Shown here: positions 48,470 through 54,823 of the stretch, in pieces | How positions within the stretch are numbered: the first letter of the stretch is position 1 | Layout: each line of letters starts with the position of its first letter | From: a virus | Taxonomy: Duplodnaviria; Caudoviricetes | IMG/VR virus record: IMGVR_UViG_3300013121_000017 | Location: 96,001 to 160,000 of that record | Reading direction: 5' to 3' (one strand) | Length of the DNA: 64,000 nt | Position numbers and translations under genes: made by a program | The notes under the pieces: generated by a model | What the model was told of the DNA's origin: nothing | The model's input: only the letters and a program-made list of their open reading frames with translations | Databases searched by the model: none

Positions 48470-48763
48470 CTATCCCTGTTTGTTCTGTCCGCCCGCTCCG
48501 CTGAGGTACTTTTCGAGTACGTCCCAGACGTTGGTGGACTTGAGTTTCTGCGGTCCTTGACCGCCTGCCCCTCCTGGCGCACCAGGGGGACCGCCCATGC
48601 CGCCACCGGGCGGCGGGCCACCCATAGGAGGACCACCCATAGGTGGACCACCGGGCGGCGGGCCACCAGCAGGTGGACCACCGGGAGGTGGTGCTGCTCC
48701 ACCGGGCGGCGCGGCGTCTTCCATCAGCTTCATCAGGTTCAGGTATTGGCCAAAGGACTTCAT
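48470..48763 (-). CDS. Small Gly/Pro-repeat protein
   Basis: GGPP repeats; MKSFGQYL N-terminus; TACATA 5 nt upstream of the ATG. Confidence 0.7.
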   Translation of the reverse strand: MKSFGQYLNLMKLMEDAAPPGGAAPPPGGPPAGGPPPGGPPMGGPPMGGPPPGGGMGGPPGAPGGAGGQGPQKLKSTNVWDVLEKYLSGAGGQNKQG

Positions 48764-48881
48764 GCCCTTATGTAGCGAAGAAAAATCGGAATCCGCGCGA
48801 ACATTCCTGACCCGGCCAGCGTCATAGAAGAGGACGCCGACGAGGCCCGCCGACTTTTTTTCGGAAAAACGGTGAGGCCAC

Positions 48882-48912
48882 TTGACGAGAAAAGAAATCG
48901 GCGTACTATATA
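48882..48912 (+). promoter_or_regulatory. Promoter of the tRNA locus
   Basis: TTGACG-N16-TACTAT, with an overlapping TATATA. Confidence 0.7.
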
Positions 48913-48969
48913 AGGTAACGCGGCAGAGGCTGCGGAATTTTCACCAACACAGAATTAGACAACACGACC

Positions 48970-49059
48970 ATGCACGTTTTCTCACTCAGTCTGTTTAGCT
49001 TGTCGTTGTCGTCCCTTTATCTGGGACGAGACGCTGGTTCTACGGACATGAGTGGGTGA
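48970..49059 (+). CDS. Putative attenuator leader peptide MHVFSLSLFSLSLSSLYLGRDAGSTDMSG
   Basis: 15 consecutive F/S/L/Y codons with varied synonymous choices; sits between a promoter and a terminator. Confidence 0.75.
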   Translation: MHVFSLSLFSLSLSSLYLGRDAGSTDMSG

Positions 49060-49086
49060 ACAAAAACACCACACGACTGAAACCCG

Positions 49087-49129
49087 AAGACCCGCGTCAT
49101 CAGACTGAAGACGCGGGTCTTTTTGTTTT
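49087..49129 (+). terminator. Attenuator terminator hairpin
   Basis: AAGACCCGCGTC / GACGCGGGTCTT 12-bp stem followed by TTTGTTTT. Confidence 0.9.
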
Positions 49130-49144
49130 CATGGGGGTGCTTCG

Positions 49145-49480
49145 ATGTGGTTCAAGAGGTCGATCAGGATCTTGGTGAACGAGGGCAAGCGGGACGAGGC
49201 CAACTACAAGTTGTGCTTGAAGTTCCACATCAGCATGGCACATGCTGACGACATCATCAGGGAACTGGACCAGTACCAGTGGCATGTACGCCGAATCCCA
49301 GGAATGGACGACTTCATCAAGAAGACGCTGGCGGGTGATCCGAAGGCGTTGGTGACGGTTGTAAAGCGAATCAGGGAAGTGACTGCTTGGGGCTTGCTGG
49401 AATGCAAGCTGTACATGGAGGACGTAACGAAGGGCTTGAAGCCGTGGCCGGTCCCGCTCAATGAAGAGGGGGAAAATTGA
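49145..49480 (+). CDS. Protein with ribosomal L7/L12 C-terminal-like domain
   Basis: VVKRIREVTAWGLLECKLYME resembles the VIK.VRE.TGLGLKEAK..VE motif. Confidence 0.6.
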   Translation: MWFKRSIRILVNEGKRDEANYKLCLKFHISMAHADDIIRELDQYQWHVRRIPGMDDFIKKTLAGDPKALVTVVKRIREVTAWGLLECKLYMEDVTKGLKPWPVPLNEEGEN

Positions 49481-49647
49481 AGAAGGTCACGGACGAAGAG
49501 ACGAAGTCATGGATGACGAACCGCGACAAGAAGATGCAGCCGAAGCCCGGCATGTTCTGGTGTGACTGCGATTGCAATCACGTCTGGGCATGGAAGAAGT
49601 GTGAACTGTGTCGGCGGCGAGTTGGCCGGCGGCGGTTCAAGAAGTGA
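49477..49647 (+). CDS. Small Cys-rich basic protein
   Basis: GAGGGG SD; TTGA overlap; CDCDC...CELC. Confidence 0.5.
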   Translation: MKKVTDEETKSWMTNRDKKMQPKPGMFWCDCDCNHVWAWKKCELCRRRVGRRRFKK

Positions 49648-49649
49648 TT

Positions 49650-49733
49650 GCGGGAGTGGCGGAACTGGTAGACGCGCAAGCCTCAGAAGCTTGTGGCCGC
49701 AAGGCCGTGTGGGTTCGAGTCCCACCTCCCGCA
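49650..49733 (+). tRNA. tRNA-Leu(CAG)
   Basis: Class II cloverleaf; caagc-ctCAGaa-gcttg. Confidence 0.95.
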
Positions 49734-49741
49734 CTGACAAG

Positions 49742-49771
49742 CTCGACTCTGTCGAGTCTGTTCTTTGACAA
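49742..49771 (+). promoter_or_regulatory. boxB-like hairpin plus boxA-like antitermination signal
   Basis: CTCGAC-TCT-GTCGAG followed by TGTTCTTTGACAA. Confidence 0.6.
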
Positions 49772-49789
49772 CTGGGTGAGACAACAAAA

Positions 49790-49875
49790 CGGTCCAGGGT
49801 CGTCAAGGTCCGGGCTAGATAGACGGGGGTGCTACCCCCGCACTACAACCCTGATCTTGACGATCCAAAGGACTG
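49790..49875 (+). ncRNA. Unassigned long-hairpin RNA
   Basis: GGGTCGTCAAGGTC / GATCTTGACGATCC stem, outer CGGTCC/GGACTG, inner GGGGG/CCCCC hairpin. Confidence 0.45.
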
Positions 49876-49877
49876 GC

Positions 49878-50132
49878 ATGAACATGAACGTTTGGTACGA
49901 GTACAAGAGGATGAAGGACGCTTTCCCTATGGGAACAGAAGTCATCCTGCGGCTGAAACCAATCGAAGAATACTTCGAGTTGATTTGGGCTGCCGATGCG
50001 GTTGGAAGAGTGATCGGGTACAATATCCACAAGTCACTCGTCATCGTGGAATTCGACAACGGAGCAGTGATGCACGTTGGAATGAAACTTCTCGAAAAGA
50101 CCGCGAACCTGATGCTTGATATGGAGATCTAG
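49878..50132 (+). CDS. Small hypothetical protein, paralog of 53716
   Basis: W..Y.RMK..FP.G..V...VIGY pattern shared with 53716. Confidence 0.6.
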   Translation: MNMNVWYEYKRMKDAFPMGTEVILRLKPIEEYFELIWAADAVGRVIGYNIHKSLVIVEFDNGAVMHVGMKLLEKTANLMLDMEI

Positions 50133-50245
50133 TCATGTACCAACAAGAGTTCTCCAACGGCGACACCCATACGCCGTGGTTAATGTTCCTCATCGTCCTG
50201 ATCGCACTGTCGTGTGGTTTCGGACTGATGTTACTTGGGTGATAT

Positions 50246-50329
50246 GCCGAGATGGCGGAACTGGTAGACGCAGCAGACTCAAAATCTGCCGCTCGAAAGA
50301 GCGTGAGGGTTCGACTCCCTCTCTCGGCA
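50246..50329 (+). tRNA. tRNA-Leu(CAA)
   Basis: gcaga-ctCAAaa-tctgc; long variable arm. Confidence 0.95.
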
Positions 50330-50331
50330 CT

Positions 50332-50481
50332 GGTCGGATGACAGTAGGACTACATTGCAAAACTGCTGGCCGAAAGGCCGTTCGGGTGCAAGTCCCGACG
50401 CTGCTCGCAAGGGTGGTGTGGTGAAACAGCAGACACGGCAGTCAGGGGAAACCCATGAAGTCTTGCGACTTTTTGCCGACC
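50332..50481 (+). ncRNA. Circularly permuted tRNA-mimic RNA E1 (YrlA/Y-RNA-like)
   Basis: Order: variable arm, T arm, acceptor closed by GCAA, D arm; enclosed by GGTCGG/CCGACC and GTAGGACT/AGTCTTGC. Confidence 0.65.
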
Positions 50482-50486
50482 TAAAT

Positions 50487-50570
50487 GCGGATGTGATGGA
50501 ACTGGTAGACTTCCAAGGTTGAGAGCCTTGGGCCTTTAGTGGCGTGTGGGTTCGAGTCCCACCATCCGCA
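50487..50570 (+). tRNA. tRNA-Leu(GAG)
   Basis: caagg-ttGAGag-ccttg. Confidence 0.92.
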
Positions 50571-50576
50571 CTGCTT

Positions 50577-50658
50577 GTATCGGTTGGGCATTGGCAAGCC
50601 CCCCTGGCTGTAACCCAGGTGCTTTCGAGCTTTAGAGGTTCGACTCCTCTCCGATACA
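50577..50658 (+). tRNA. tRNA-Tyr(GTA)
   Basis: cctgg-ctGTAac-ccagg. Confidence 0.88.
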
Positions 50659-50660
50659 CT

Positions 50661-50718
50661 CGACCGGGCCTGGATGCCCAACGGATTGGTGCGGGTTCGA
50701 TTCCCAAGCCGGTCGCCA
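50661..50718 (+). ncRNA. Miniature tRNA-like element ending in CCA
   Basis: CGACCGG/CCGGTCG-CCA; TTCGATT loop; no 7-nt anticodon loop. Confidence 0.5.
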
Positions 50719-50720
50719 AC

Positions 50721-50802
50721 GGGTGAGATGTTCCAATGGTGGGACACCAGACTGTAAATCTGGCGCGTTTACGCACGGTGGGTTCGATCCCCACCTCACC
50801 CA
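50721..50802 (+). tRNA. tRNA-Tyr(GTA)
   Basis: ccaga-ctGTAaa-tctgg. Confidence 0.92.
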
Positions 50803-50805
50803 CTT

Positions 50806-50887
50806 GGGTCTGCTAGTGCTGTGGGAAGCCAGTCTGGCTGTAAACCAGACGCTTTCGAGATAGGGGGTTCGATTCCTCACAGACCCA
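50806..50887 (+). tRNA. tRNA-Tyr(GTA), atypical D arm
   Basis: tctgg-ctGTAaa-ccaga. Confidence 0.8.
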
Positions 50888-50893
50888 CTGAAT

Positions 50894-50966
50894 GCCTACC
50901 AAGCTAATCTAGTGAAAGCGGATGCCTGAAGAGCATCATAGCCCGGAGCGTAACCGGGGGTAGGCA
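50894..50966 (+). tRNA. tRNA-Phe(GAA), atypical T loop
   Basis: gatgc-ctGAAga-gcatc; T loop AGCGTAA. Confidence 0.8.
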
Positions 50967-50968
50967 CT

Positions 50969-51095
50969 GGCCGGTATGCAGTAGGGGATTACATGAGCAA
51001 CAGCGACTCGGGGGGTTTCAAAGCTCCCTTGTGCCGGTGCGATTCCGGTGTCCTGGGGTAAAACCTGGGGTTATCTCCTGCAATTTTGATCGGCC
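50969..51095 (+). ncRNA. tRNA-mimic RNA E2 (same family as E1)
   Basis: GGCCGGT/ATCGGCC and GTAGGGGAT/ATCTCCTGC stems; T-like arm GCCGG-TGCGATT-CCGGT. Confidence 0.55.
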
Positions 51096-51099
51096 TTAT

Positions 51100-51172
51100 G
51101 GACAGCAAGCTAATCTGGTGAAAGCGGAGGTCTGAAAAGCCTCATAGCCCGGATCGAAACCGGGGCTGTCCA
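51100..51172 (+). tRNA. tRNA-Phe(GAA)
   Basis: gaggt-ctGAAaa-gcctc; T loop ATCGAAA. Confidence 0.85.
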
Positions 51173-51400
51173 CTACTTCTTCTGAACGAGCTTGCGAAGG
51201 TCGGAAGAAGACTTGGAAGGATTCCTGATGATCTCCTTGACGAGATCGTCGCCCTTGCCGTTGCTGACTTTTGACCAGACAGATAGCAACGTGGTACGGT
51301 TGTACTTCTCGGCGAGGCCGCGAATGCAGTTGACGAAAGACTCAACGCACTCAACGTCGCTGCTTGAAGTTTCGGTGAGGAACTGGTCGAATGTGTCCAT
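51173..51400 (-). CDS. Small protein antisense within the tRNA array
   Basis: MDTFDQFLTE start; TACATA 6 nt upstream; fills the gap between tRNAs. Confidence 0.65.
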   Translation of the reverse strand: MDTFDQFLTETSSSDVECVESFVNCIRGLAEKYNRTTLLSVWSKVSNGKGDDLVKEIIRNPSKSSSDLRKLVQKK

Positions 51401-51420
51401 GAAGGATATGTAGTTTGCAC

Positions 51421-51509
51421 GGATAGGTTTGCACATTGGCAAGTCAGACTCTTTGCTAAAGAGTTCCACCCTGAAAGGGGTGGTGCAGGTTCGACTCCTG
51501 TCCTATCCG
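51421..51509 (+). tRNA. tRNA-Ser(GCT)
   Basis: actct-ttGCTaa-agagt; long variable arm; G73. Confidence 0.9.
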
Positions 51510-51512
51510 CTT

Positions 51513-51599
51513 GGAAGAGTTGGTACATTGGCAAGTCCGCTCGTCTCGAAAACGAGTCTGCCTGAAAGGGCAGTGCAGGTTCGACTCCTGTCTCTTCCG
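51513..51599 (+). tRNA. tRNA-Ser(CGA)
   Basis: ctcgt-ctCGAaa-acgag; G73. Confidence 0.9.
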
Positions 51600-51602
51600 C
51601 TT

Positions 51603-51791
51603 ATGGTCGAGTACGAGATCAAGAAAGGCAGCAAGCACCAGAACAGGTCTTGCCGCTTCTGTGGTGGTAGAATGACACCGGGAAGGAAGTTCGTCCTCGA
51701 CCCGGAAGTCTTCGATGGGCATCTGCCCGCGATCTTCCATCCGCAGTGTAGAACAGCCTGGGTTAAGCGTGGCAAGAAGCCGCTGAAGTGA
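51603..51791 (+). CDS. Small Cys/His protein
   Basis: CRFCG...HPQC. Confidence 0.5.
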   Translation: MVEYEIKKGSKHQNRSCRFCGGRMTPGRKFVLDPEVFDGHLPAIFHPQCRTAWVKRGKKPLK

Positions 51792-51793
51792 AT

Positions 51794-51880
51794 GGAGCAG
51801 TTTGCACATTGGCAAGTCAGTTCGCTTGGAAAGCGAATACACCCGAAAGGGTGTTGCAGGTTCGACTCCTGTCTGCTCCG
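51794..51880 (+). tRNA. tRNA-Ser(GGA)
   Basis: ttcgc-ttGGAaa-gcgaa; G73. Confidence 0.9.
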
Positions 51881-51883
51881 CTT

Positions 51884-51953
51884 GATGGCCCCCGGATGGT
51901 GATTCGGTGGCAGATGCCAAAGCCGTAAGTCGGGTTCGACTCCCTGGTCATCA
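51884..51953 (+). ncRNA. Degenerate tRNA-like element
   Basis: GATGGCC/GGTCATC-A acceptor; GGG-TTCGACT-CCC T arm; no canonical anticodon arm. Confidence 0.45.
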
Positions 51954-51976
51954 CCTAGCACGAAAGCGAGAATGAA

Positions 51977-52306
51977 ATGGATCTGATCAAGTACGACGAC
52001 TTCGCCAAGCTGGACCTTCGGGTCTGCACCATCAAGGAGGCGTCAGCCGTCGAAGGGGCCGACAAGCTCGTCCTGCTCAAGCTGGACGATGGGACCGAGG
52101 CAGGCCGGCAGATCGTGGCCGGCATCAAGAAGCACTACTCGCCCGAGACGCTCATCGGCACACAAGTGATCGTCGTGGCGAACTTGGAACCGCGCAAGCT
52201 GCGTGGGATCGAGAGCCAGGGCATGTTGCTGGCAGCCAGCAACGGCGAGGAACTGGCCCTGTTGCAGCCGCAGAAGCTGATCGCGGCAGGCAGCAAGGTC
52301 GGATAA
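51977..52306 (+). CDS. tRNA-binding OB-fold protein (Trbp111/CsaA/MetRS C-terminal type)
   Basis: DDFAKLDLRV...GADKL...RQIVAGI...NLEPRKLRGIESQGMLLAA. Confidence 0.92.
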   Translation: MDLIKYDDFAKLDLRVCTIKEASAVEGADKLVLLKLDDGTEAGRQIVAGIKKHYSPETLIGTQVIVVANLEPRKLRGIESQGMLLAASNGEELALLQPQKLIAAGSKVG

Positions 52307-52312
52307 CGACCC

Positions 52313-52399
52313 GGAAGGTTTGGTACATTGGCAAGTCCGATGGTCTTGAAAACCATTACACGGGAAACCGTGTTGTCGGTTCGACTCCGACACCTTCCG
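52313..52399 (+). tRNA. tRNA-Ser(TGA)
   Basis: atggt-ctTGAaa-accat; G73. Confidence 0.9.
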
Positions 52400-52401
52400 C
52401 T

Positions 52402-52554
52402 ATGACAGACGAGGACTTCGAGATCGGTGGCTGCGGCTGCCTCGCAATACTCCTGCTGGTCGCGTTGACCATCGGGATCTGCGTCTGGAAGTACCACAAT
52501 CCGACGCCTCCAAAGCGTCATGTTCAGGTTGAAGTGTGCAGGATGACATGTTAA
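52402..52554 (+). CDS. Small single-pass membrane protein
   Basis: Hydrophobic LAILLLVALTIGICVW. Confidence 0.5.
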   Translation: MTDEDFEIGGCGCLAILLLVALTIGICVWKYHNPTPPKRHVQVEVCRMTC

Positions 52555-52787
52555 GGGTCATCGAGTGTGTCGAATCAAGGTACGACGTGAAGCCATTTGA
52601 AGGTTACACGTTCGACCAGATTCTTCAACTCCTTCAAAAGAACGAGGCACAAACGCTGAACGACCCGACAACGGGCGAGAAGGGAGTTTACATTCCCACG
52701 CCACGTCAACAACCGGGTGTCAAGCAGATCGCGGCAATGGTTCCACACAGGGACCGAAACAGAACTGTTACTTACGGGTGTGACTAA
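52548..52787 (+). CDS. Hypothetical protein
   Basis: Overlaps the previous stop. Confidence 0.5.
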   Translation: MLRVIECVESRYDVKPFEGYTFDQILQLLQKNEAQTLNDPTTGEKGVYIPTPRQQPGVKQIAAMVPHRDRNRTVTYGCD

Positions 52788-52874
52788 CGGAGATGGCTGG
52801 TATGCCGGGCGGCTTTATAGTATCCGATTGCGGCCTATGCCAGACTGTGTCAGGTTCGATTCCTACCACGCCCA
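52776..52874 (+). ncRNA. tRNA-like RNA with extended anticodon arm (copy 1)
   Basis: GGGTGTG/CACGCCC-A acceptor; TTCGATT loop; CCGGGCGGCTTT...CCGATTGCGG. Confidence 0.6.
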
Positions 52875-52877
52875 CTT

Positions 52878-52976
52878 GAGTGCGACTCTGGAGATGCTGG
52901 ACACACCGGGCGGCTTTTCATGGTTGCCGATTGCGGTTCCTGTTCGGCTGAGTTGGTTCGACTCCAACAGCACTCA
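52878..52976 (+). ncRNA. tRNA-like RNA with extended anticodon arm (copy 2)
   Basis: GAGTGC/GCACTC-A acceptor; GTTGG-TTCGACT-CCAAC; same internal motif as copy 1. Confidence 0.6.
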
Positions 52977-52980
52977 CTAT

Positions 52981-53139
52981 GTTCCGTTGGTGTAAAAAGG
53001 CGACGGATAGCGTCTGTCGCAGTCACTTGTAAACTGCCAGCACAGGAGGGTCGCGAACCTCCCCCGCAGTGTACCTTGGGACTCAGCACGGCTCCTCTGG
53101 AGGGAGACAGGGCAGGTGCGAACCCTGCACGGGACACCA
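52981..53139 (+). ncRNA. tRNA-like RNA with a large structured insertion and encoded CCA
   Basis: GTTCCGT/ACGGGAC-ACCA; GCAGG-TGCGAAC-CCTGC; about 80 extra nt in the D region. Confidence 0.55.
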
Positions 53140-53153
53140 TACAAAGGCAAGTT

Positions 53154-53324
53154 ATGAGCGTGATTCAACGCTGTGAGATCAAGCGGCACGAACCCTTCAA
53201 AGGTGATGCGTGTCCTGAATGCGGGAAGATCCAGGCGAACAGCCAGTTCGCCGGATGGCTTGTCATGGGATTCATCTTCCTGGCAGGCGCGTTGGCGTGG
53301 ATGTTCCTGGCCAAGAAGTTCTGA
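53154..53324 (+). CDS. Small membrane protein with CxxC
   Basis: CPECG followed by a hydrophobic helix. Confidence 0.5.
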   Translation: MSVIQRCEIKRHEPFKGDACPECGKIQANSQFAGWLVMGFIFLAGALAWMFLAKKF

Positions 53325-53328
53325 TTGA

Positions 53329-53400
53329 CCCACTCTGGTGTAGTGGTCTGCACATGATGCTGAAAACATCGGGGTCTGAGTTCGATTCTCAGGGGTGGGA
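53329..53400 (+). tRNA. tRNA-Phe(GAA)
   Basis: tgatg-ctGAAaa-catcg. Confidence 0.85.
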
Positions 53401-53402
53401 CT

Positions 53403-53530
53403 GACCGGATGACGACAGGGATTACACTCTCGAAAAGTGTTCTACGCAAGTAGATGTAGGTTCGATTCCTACCGTCGCAAGACGAGGTGGATATTGGCTT
53501 GCCACTACGTCTCTGACATTTTTGCCGGTC
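53403..53530 (+). ncRNA. Circularly permuted tRNA-mimic RNA E3 retaining a Ser(CGA) anticodon arm
   Basis: GACCGG/CCGGTC; ACACT-CTCGAAA-AGTGT; variable arm; T arm; CGTC-GCAA-GACG; D-like arm. Confidence 0.65.
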
Positions 53531-53536
53531 TAATTT

Positions 53537-53662
53537 GACGGGGTAGCTTAACGGTAGAGCGCTAAAAGCGATCTCAGCAACTTGTTGCCCGAAAGGGATG
53601 ATCCGTTGGGATTACATTCCTCTGAAAAAGGAGAGGTACTGGTTCGACTCCAGTCCCCGTCA
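53537..53662 (+). ncRNA. tRNA-Phe(GAA) carrying the E1-E3 module as an insertion (E4)
   Basis: Normal acceptor, D and T arms; about 50-nt insert between the D and anticodon arms. Confidence 0.7.
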
Positions 53663-53715
53663 CTCAAAACAGATGCCCGCAACCTCCACTACATAACATG
53701 TAATTAGGAGGAACT

Positions 53716-53949
53716 ATGATCAACCCGTGGGCAGACCTAGCAAAGATGAAACGTGACTTCCCCATCGGCGTTCTCGTCGTTGTTGACGAGGATGTCACAG
53801 ATGGCGCGGACGACATCGGAGGAATGATCCTCAAAGTCATTGGCTACGAGATCGAGCAAGGATGGCTAGAACTGGTCAGTGAGAACGGCAGAGAATTCGT
53901 TCTCTACCCAGACGAGATCACAAGACACTATGAAAGCCAAGTGTGCTAG
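53716..53949 (+). CDS. Small hypothetical protein, paralog of 49878
   Basis: AGGAGG SD. Confidence 0.7.
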   Translation: MINPWADLAKMKRDFPIGVLVVVDEDVTDGADDIGGMILKVIGYEIEQGWLELVSENGREFVLYPDEITRHYESQVC

Positions 53950-53956
53950 ATAGTGC

Positions 53957-54400
53957 ATGGACTTCCGACACTGGCTAGAAGCAACTGAACAGCCCGAACC
54001 GAATCCGCTCCCGCCCGAAGCAAAGATCGAGCGGTCGCAGGGCGACGGCTGGAAGATCACGACCCCTTACGGCTACATCGACTACCGCCACAACCCAGAA
54101 GACGGCAACAACGAGATCTGGTGGGTGGAATCGAAAGTACGCGGCAAGGGCTATGGCAAGAAGCTCGTTGACCTAATGCAAATGGCCCACCCCGCAGCCA
54201 GCATCGGTTGGGGAGTGACGACGCCGGAAGGTAAAGACCTCCGCGACAGTTGGCACAAGAAGAACCCAGGAGTTGAAGCATACAACGGCGCGTTTGAGGG
54301 ACAGTTCGACCCCTCGGGCAACAACTACGGAGAAGACGAATCGGACGAAGACTTCGAGGATGAAGACGAGGACTGGGAGGACGAAGATGATGACTTTTGA
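53957..54400 (+). CDS. GNAT-like acetyltransferase with acidic tail
   Basis: VRGKGYGKKL acetyl-CoA motif; TAGATA 4 nt upstream. Confidence 0.55.
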   Translation: MDFRHWLEATEQPEPNPLPPEAKIERSQGDGWKITTPYGYIDYRHNPEDGNNEIWWVESKVRGKGYGKKLVDLMQMAHPAASIGWGVTTPEGKDLRDSWHKKNPGVEAYNGAFEGQFDPSGNNYGEDESDEDFEDEDEDWEDEDDDF

Positions 54401-54629
54401 CCAGTTCTTGGATGAGAAGACCGCCGACCTGAGATGGCCAGGAGACTGTAACGCCAAAACACTCGACCGCAAGGCTGAAACCGACCGCTGCTACATCGAG
54501 CCGGGCCACAGCCACGACAAGGTCAAAGATCGCCAGTTCGGCACTACAGTAACAGTGATCCCCAGACACAAGGCCGTAAACCCGTACACTTGCAAAGCGA
54601 TCATAAGGGACTTGCAGAGGAGTTGTTGA
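54387..54629 (+). CDS. HicA-like RNase-fold protein
   Basis: GHSHDKV...TVIPRH..VNPYTCKAIIRDL. Confidence 0.55.
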   Translation: MMTFDQFLDEKTADLRWPGDCNAKTLDRKAETDRCYIEPGHSHDKVKDRQFGTTVTVIPRHKAVNPYTCKAIIRDLQRSC

Positions 54630-54823
54630 TGATTCCCCCTGGAACCATAGTCGAAGCAATTCACGGCTGGTGGAAGGGGACTTACGGCGAAGTGGAAGAG
54701 CCGGACAAAGACAACCCCGAAGAGAGTTCGATAGTCCTCTTCCCGTGTAGAATCATCAGGGACGGCAAACTGTACACGGAAGCCAGAGTCAACATGCCGA
54801 ACGCTTGGCTGAGGTTTCAGTGA
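54629..54823 (+). CDS. Small hypothetical protein
   Basis: GAGGAG SD; TGATG overlap. Confidence 0.55.
   Translation: MIPPGTIVEAIHGWWKGTYGEVEEPDKDNPEESSIVLFPCRIIRDGKLYTEARVNMPNAWLRFQ

Noticed and set aside
50116-51961. Track ORFs spanning tRNA genes (e.g. 50279-50803, 51456-51920)
   Set aside because: They are translations of tRNA sequence
52776-52874. tmRNA or an ochre suppressor tRNA
   Set aside because: Too short, no G3-U70 pair or tag ORF; the TTA is not in a canonical 7-nt loop
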